A stretch of 64,000 nucleotides of DNA from an uncultured Burkholderiales bacterium (lineage in GTDB: Bacteria > Pseudomonadota > Gammaproteobacteria > Burkholderiales > SHXO01): positions 169,427 to 233,426 of the forward strand of contig CAZFYX010000039.1 of NCBI GenBank assembly GCA_964523885.1. Reading direction: 5' to 3'. This document shows, one piece after another, positions 59,044 through 64,000 of this stretch (position 1 is the first letter of the stretch; the number at the start of each line of letters is the position of its first letter). The position numbers and the translations under genes are program-made. Below the pieces are notes generated by a model. That model saw nothing but the letters and a program-made list of their open reading frames with translations. It was not told the DNA's origin and searched no databases.

Positions 59044-59655
59044 ATGCCCGTGCCCACCGTTTACGTGCTCGACGACGATGTCGACGTCCTGAAGGCGACC
59101 GAGCGCCTGCTCGTCTCCGCGGGGATACAGGTCGCCGCGTTCCAGTCGGCGCACGCTTTCCTCGCGGCCTGCGACGAGATGCCGCAGGGTTGCCTGGTCG
59201 TGGACCTGGCCATGCCGGGGATGAGCGGGATCGACGTGCAGCGCGCCCTGGCCGAGCGGGCCAACGCGCTCCCGGTGATCTTCCTCACCGGCCGTGGGGA
59301 TATCCGCACGTGCGCGGAGGTCATGAAGAACGGTGCGGTGGACTTCCTCACCAAGCCCGTGGACGAGGCGGAGCTGCTCGCGGCTGTCAGCAGCGCGCTG
59401 GCCCGTGACGAAGTGCAGTACCGCGAGCGTGCTGCGCGGGCGCGCAACGCGCGCGCCCTCGAGACGCTGACCGAGCGCGAACGGGAAGTGCTCCATCACG
59501 TGGTCTCCGGCCGGCTGAACAAGCAGATCGCCGCGGATCTGGGCACGACCGAGCGGACCATCAAGTTTCACCGCGGGAACCTGATGCGCAAGCTCGGCAT
59601 CCGCACCGTGGCCGAGCTGGTGCGGATCGCGGGGCACGGGGGCGCCGGCCGCTGA
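59044..59655 (+). CDS. FixJ/LuxR family response regulator
   Basis: VLDDD, VDLAMPG, FLTG.GD and LTEREREV..GRLNKQIA. Confidence 0.95.
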   Translation: MPVPTVYVLDDDVDVLKATERLLVSAGIQVAAFQSAHAFLAACDEMPQGCLVVDLAMPGMSGIDVQRALAERANALPVIFLTGRGDIRTCAEVMKNGAVDFLTKPVDEAELLAAVSSALARDEVQYRERAARARNARALETLTEREREVLHHVVSGRLNKQIAADLGTTERTIKFHRGNLMRKLGIRTVAELVRIAGHGGAGR

Positions 59656-59965
59656 GCGGAGCCACTCCGGCGGCCAAGCGCACGCGATCAGGCTGCATCC
59701 CGGTTCCAGGGCACGGGGCCTGGTTGACCTCCGCAGGCACCGGCCACCCGCTTGTCATGTCCCGCCCTCCCCGGCTCGGCATCCAGCCACGCTCGATTGC
59801 GGCAGTGCCGGCGGGTGTGCATGCTGCACTTCCCCAAGGAACAGGTGCGGCCGGCCGACGCTTTCTGGTACTACTTGCCGGATAACCGGACCACCGTATT
59901 GCATGCCTGCACATGTGCGGCGGCAGCCTCCTCGGCGGGCACCGCATCACCCAAGAATGATTTCC

Positions 59966-60817
59966 ATGCATCGCACCCGATTCGCGCTCCCCTTCCTGGC
60001 CCTGCTCGCCCTGAATTCCTCAACGGTATGGAGCGCCGACGAACCCGCCGCGCCCCCACCCCGACAGGGCGGCGGCGAGAGCGCGACCGCGCTGGCCAAG
60101 GCCGCGCAGAACCCGGTCGCGAACATGATCAGCATCCCGTTCCAGTACAACGCCAACCTCAACTACGGGCCCGAGGAGAAGACGCAGTCGATCCTCAACA
60201 TCCAGCCGGTCTATCCCATCCACCTCACGCCGGACTGGAACATCATCACCCGTACCATCGTCCCGCTGATCTCGCAGCCCCCCCTCACGCCCCAGCAGGA
60301 TCGCGAGAACGGCATCGGCGACATCCAGCTCTCGCTGTTCCTGTCGCCGAACAGATCGGATGGCTTCATCTGGGGGGCGGGCGTCATCGGTCAGTTCGAC
60401 ACGGCGAGCGACGACCGGCTCGGCCAGGGCAAGTACTGCCTCGGCCCCACGGCGGTCGGGCTGAAGATCGAGGGCCCCTGGGTAGCCGGGGCGCTGATCA
60501 ACAACCTGTGGTCCGTGTCCGGCGACAGCGACCGGCCCGACGTCAACCAGATGCTGCTGCAGCCCTTCATCAACTACAACTTCCCGGACCACCCTGGCCG
60601 CTACCTGACGTTCTCGCCCATCGTCACGGCGAACTGGGAGGCGAGCGGCGACAACGTCTGGACGGTGCCCGTCGGCCTGGGCATCGGGCAGATCATCAAG
60701 CTCGACGGCAAGCTCCCGCTGAACCTGCAGGCCTCGGCGTACTACAACGTCGTGACGCCGGACTACGGCCCGGACTGGCAGATCCGGCTTCAGGTTTCCA
60801 TCCTGCTTCCGAAGTAG
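59966..60817 (+). CDS. putative outer-membrane beta-barrel / transporter (so-called neuromedin U-like family)
   Basis: Signal peptide, LAKAAQNPVA.MIS.PFQ.N, GIGDI and terminal W..RLQVSILLPK. Confidence 0.75.
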   Translation: MHRTRFALPFLALLALNSSTVWSADEPAAPPPRQGGGESATALAKAAQNPVANMISIPFQYNANLNYGPEEKTQSILNIQPVYPIHLTPDWNIITRTIVPLISQPPLTPQQDRENGIGDIQLSLFLSPNRSDGFIWGAGVIGQFDTASDDRLGQGKYCLGPTAVGLKIEGPWVAGALINNLWSVSGDSDRPDVNQMLLQPFINYNFPDHPGRYLTFSPIVTANWEASGDNVWTVPVGLGIGQIIKLDGKLPLNLQASAYYNVVTPDYGPDWQIRLQVSILLPK

Positions 60818-60931
60818 GCGTCCTGCACGACGATCGCCTATTGAATTGTGGCAAGCGGTAGAATCCACCGGGCAGCATGGTGGCGTGGCTGCAGCGATTT
60901 GGCCGCTTTTTCCCCTTTGGAGACAGAAACA

Positions 60932-61639
60932 ATGACGATTAAACCGATTGCCGTTCGACTGGGCACCGTCCTGGTCGCGCTGTCCCTCGCCGCGTGCGCC
61001 GGCACATCCGAACAGCAACAGAAGATGGAGGACCAGAACTCCGGCTTCCTGAAGGATTATTCGAAGCTGACCGTGGGCAAGGACGCGCAGGGCAACACGG
61101 TCCGCACCTGGGTCAGCCCCAAGTTGACGCCGGCCAACTACAACGCCATCCTGCTGGAGCCGCTGATCTTCTATCCGGAGCCCCGTCCGACCGAGAAGGT
61201 CAGCGCCGACGCCCTCAACCAGATGGTCGCCTACGCGAACGAGACGCTCAGGACGGCGCTGGGCAAGCGCTTTGTGCTCGTGGACAAGCCCCAGCCCGGT
61301 GCGGTGCGCCTCAAGGCGGCGATCAGCGCGGTGGCCTCCGAGAATGAGGGCCTGGCCCCCTATCAGTATGTCCCGATCGCCCTGATCGCGACCACCGTGA
61401 GCCGCGCCGCGACCGGCTCCCCGCAGCGCGCCTTCATCGTCGGGGAGAGCCAGATGACCGACAGCGTGAGCGGCGAGTTGCTCGGACAGCGAGTCAAGGT
61501 GTTCACCGGGGAAGGTGGCAAGCTGAAGGAGGTCGGCGGGAAGGACCAGATCACGCTGGATACGGTGAAGCCGGTGCTGGACGGCGTCGCCGCGAGCGTG
61601 CTGCCCAACCTGGAGAAGTTCGTCAAGCCGAAGCAGTAA
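60932..61639 (+). CDS. DUF3313 family lipoprotein
   Basis: Lipobox LAAC, SGFLKDYSKL and E....DSVSGELLG. Confidence 0.85.
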   Translation: MTIKPIAVRLGTVLVALSLAACAGTSEQQQKMEDQNSGFLKDYSKLTVGKDAQGNTVRTWVSPKLTPANYNAILLEPLIFYPEPRPTEKVSADALNQMVAYANETLRTALGKRFVLVDKPQPGAVRLKAAISAVASENEGLAPYQYVPIALIATTVSRAATGSPQRAFIVGESQMTDSVSGELLGQRVKVFTGEGGKLKEVGGKDQITLDTVKPVLDGVAASVLPNLEKFVKPKQ

Positions 61640-61672
61640 CGCGACTCGAAGCCATGCCATAGATCGTCCGCG

Positions 61673-61702
61673 GAGGGAGGCGGCAAGACCGGCGCCTCCC
61701 TC
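61673..61702 (+). terminator. stem-loop after DUF3313
   Basis: Inverted repeat gagggaggcg/cgcctccctc with a weak T-rich tail. Confidence 0.4.
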
Positions 61703-61770
61703 TCGTGTTTCTCGCAGCACCGTACCGCCGAGCGGAATCAGAACAACCAATGCAGTCCGGAGCCCACCTC

Positions 61771-63240
61771 ATGCAACCCTTCATCCGAACCCTGCTTGCC
61801 TGCGGCTTGCTCTCCGCCGCGTCACTGACCGGATGCGGCACCTCAAGCGACGCCATCAAGCAGGCCGAGAAGCAGGACGCCGCCAAGGGCGTCCCTGCGC
61901 CCGGCTTCGAGGAAACCCGCAAGATCGCAGAGGAAGGCTTCATCTACGGCCTTCCCATCGTGATGAACTACGATGTGCTGTACCAGTTCGTGATCGACAA
62001 GAACTCGGGCCAGTACAAGGCGCCGTTCAATGCAATGTACAACGATCACAAGGTGTTCACCTGGCAGGACACCGCGATTCCCACGCCCAACAGCGACACT
62101 CCGTACTCGATGGCGTGGCTGGATCTGCGCGCCGAGCCCTTGGTCATCTCGGTACCGCCAGTCGAGAAGAAGCGCTACTACTCGGTCATGCTGAACGACG
62201 GCAACACGTTCAACTACGGCTACATCGGCAGCCGTGCCACCGGCAACGACGCCGGTGACTACCTCGTGGCCGGACCGAACTGGCAGGGCAGCACGCCAGC
62301 GGGCATCAAGAAGGTGTTCCGCGCCACCACCGATTTCTCGCTCTGCGTCTTCCGCACCCAGTTGTTCGACACCAAGGACATGGACAACGTGATCAAGGTC
62401 CAGGACGGCTACAAGGTGCGGCCGCTGTCGGCGTACCTGAACCAGCCCGCGCCGGCCGCAGCCCCCGCGATCACGTTCCCGAAGATCGACAAGGACCTGG
62501 TCAAGACCGAGTTCTTCGAGTATCTCGACTTCGCGCTGCAATTCGCGCCTGCGGGTCCGGAAGAGAAGGACATCCGCGACAAGCTCGCCCGCATCGGCAT
62601 CGGCCCGGGCAAGAAGTTCAGCTTCAAGGACCTTTCGCTCGAGCACAAGGCCGAGATCGTGCTGGGCATGAAGGCCGGCAACGATGCCGTCGAGAAGAAG
62701 GTCAAGGAGCTGGGCAAGAACATCAACGGCTGGCAGGTCGGATCAGCCTTCGGTGACCGTCAGTTCTACAAGGGCGACTGGCTGCTGCGCGCGGCTGCCG
62801 CGCGTGCCGGCATCTACGGCAACAATGCGGACGAGGCGATGTACCCCATCACCAAGTGGCTGGGGAACGGCGAGGTGCTCGACGGATCGAAGCACAAGTA
62901 CACTCTCACGTTCGCCCGCGACCAGGAGCCGCCGGTCAACGCGTTCTGGTCAGTGACGATGTACGACGCGAAGAACCAGCTGCTGGTCAAGAACCCGATC
63001 GACCGCTACCTGCTCAACTCGCCCATGGTGCCCACCATGAAGCGCAATGCGGACGGCTCGCTGACGCTGTACATCCAGAAGGACTCGCCCGGGGCGGACA
63101 GGGAGTCCAACTGGCTGCCGGCCCCGGATGGCCCCATCTATCTCGTTATGCGGCTGTACTGGCCGAGGACCGAGGCACCGTCGATCCTGCCGCCGGGCAA
63201 GGGCACCTGGAATCCACCGGCGATCGTCAAGATCAACTGA
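61771..63240 (+). CDS. DUF1254/DUF1214 lipoprotein
   Basis: Lipobox LTGC; FIYGLPIV, PNSDTPYS, FWSVTMYD and NWLPAPDGP..MRLYWP. Confidence 0.9.
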   Translation: MQPFIRTLLACGLLSAASLTGCGTSSDAIKQAEKQDAAKGVPAPGFEETRKIAEEGFIYGLPIVMNYDVLYQFVIDKNSGQYKAPFNAMYNDHKVFTWQDTAIPTPNSDTPYSMAWLDLRAEPLVISVPPVEKKRYYSVMLNDGNTFNYGYIGSRATGNDAGDYLVAGPNWQGSTPAGIKKVFRATTDFSLCVFRTQLFDTKDMDNVIKVQDGYKVRPLSAYLNQPAPAAAPAITFPKIDKDLVKTEFFEYLDFALQFAPAGPEEKDIRDKLARIGIGPGKKFSFKDLSLEHKAEIVLGMKAGNDAVEKKVKELGKNINGWQVGSAFGDRQFYKGDWLLRAAAARAGIYGNNADEAMYPITKWLGNGEVLDGSKHKYTLTFARDQEPPVNAFWSVTMYDAKNQLLVKNPIDRYLLNSPMVPTMKRNADGSLTLYIQKDSPGADRESNWLPAPDGPIYLVMRLYWPRTEAPSILPPGKGTWNPPAIVKIN

Positions 63241-63263
63241 GCCCATAGGGACATCGCAACGAC

Positions 63264-63291
63264 AAGGCGGCGCGATGCGCCGCCTTTTTTT
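63264..63291 (+). terminator. rho-independent terminator
   Basis: aaggcggcgc-gat-gcgccgcc followed by a T-run. Confidence 0.85.
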
Positions 63292-63451
63292 CGCCTGTGC
63301 ATCGAAGGGCTGGATGATCCAGCCATGCCCTCGGCGCCACGCAAGCCGCGGTCAACCCCGCAGACTTCCGCCGCGTTAATGTCCTCGCAGTCCTGCGCGC
63401 TGCAGGCCCTTCGTTCTGCGCGCCGCACTTTCAATCCCAGGAGAACCTTGC

Positions 63452-64000
63452 ATGAAGAAGCTGTTGACCTGCACCATCCTCGCCCTGTCGCTCGCCGGCG
63501 CCACCGCGTACGCGAACGACAAGAAGCACCATGACGGCCCGCCAGCCGGCGGCATGTCGGCCACGGTCGAGGCACAGGCCACCGTCACCGCAATCGACCA
63601 GGCCACCCGGATGGTCACCGTGAAGGGACCGGAGGGCAAGGAGGTCACCCTGCACGTCGACGAGCGCGCCCAAAACCTGGACCAGGTCAAGGTCGGCGAC
63701 GTGATCAAGGTGGTCTATACCGAAGCCTTGGCGTGGAAGATGAGCAAGTCCAAGAAGCAGGAGCCGACCGCCGACGTCGAAGCAGCGGCGGCGCGTGCAT
63801 CGAAGGGCGAGAAGCCCGCGGGTGCTGCCGGGCGCAGAATCACCATCACCGCCAAGATCGAGGCCATCGACCTCGACAAGGGCACCGTAACCCTGTCCGG
63901 GCCGCAAGGCAACACCCGCACGATCAAGGCGCGCCATCCCGAGAACCTGAAGAAGGTGAAGGTGGGCGACCTGATCGACATCACCTACACCGAAGCGGTG
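63452..64000 (+). CDS. secreted protein with two OB-fold-like repeats (3' truncated; absent from the ORF track)
   Basis: RBS caggag; MKKLLTCTILALSLAGATAYA; repeats ATVTAID..TRMVTVKGPEG...NLDQVKVGD and AKIEAID..KGTVTLSGPQG...NLKKVKVGD. Confidence 0.85.
   Translation, partial: MKKLLTCTILALSLAGATAYANDKKHHDGPPAGGMSATVEAQATVTAIDQATRMVTVKGPEGKEVTLHVDERAQNLDQVKVGDVIKVVYTEALAWKMSKSKKQEPTADVEAAAARASKGEKPAGAAGRRITITAKIEAIDLDKGTVTLSGPQGNTRTIKARHPENLKKVKVGDLIDITYTEAV

Noticed and set aside
59656-59965. Possible riboswitch or small RNA upstream of the beta-barrel gene
   Set aside because: No conserved riboswitch motif could be recognised by eye; an Infernal search would be needed.

Overview
GC-rich, gene-dense bacterial DNA, most likely betaproteobacterial (inferred from gene content such as PEP-CTERM, DUF1840 and an mdeB-type E1). 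I found no rRNA, tRNA, CRISPR array, transposase or integrase. From left to right the window holds: a 2-oxoacid:acceptor oxidoreductase alpha/beta pair; a lower-GC PEP-CTERM gene with a sigma-54-type promoter; a TonB-CTD/YHS-like/SnoaL/GNAT string; a decayed heptose-glycan cluster (rfaE and GT9 remnants flanking an intact two-domain glycosyltransferase); three large secreted proteins; aqpZ; Lrp plus an mdeB/aceE-type E1 carrying an in-frame palindromic repeat; mixed housekeeping genes (DHH, thioesterase, AAA ATPase, arsS plus CMD partner, DUF2254, ada-alkA/ogt); treZ with yeaG(prkA)-yeaH-ycgB(spoVR); HAD and Bcr/CflA genes; a minus-strand catabolic operon (isatin-hydrolase-like cyclase, iorA, iorB, stand-alone V4R, Rieske alpha with no beta subunit or reductase, TRAP dctPQM) resembling a rearranged indole/auxin degradation locus; and a cell-envelope island (octaheme cytochrome-HEAT-TPR, AraC, two DUF1254/DUF1214 paralogues, PAS kinase and regulator, putative beta-barrel, DUF3313, tandem OB-fold-like protein). 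The best candidates for new biology are the variant indole-catabolic operon and the DUF1254/octaheme island. At least three families of REP-like palindromes and several GG-N10-GC motifs are visible. All family assignments come from motif recognition without database searches.
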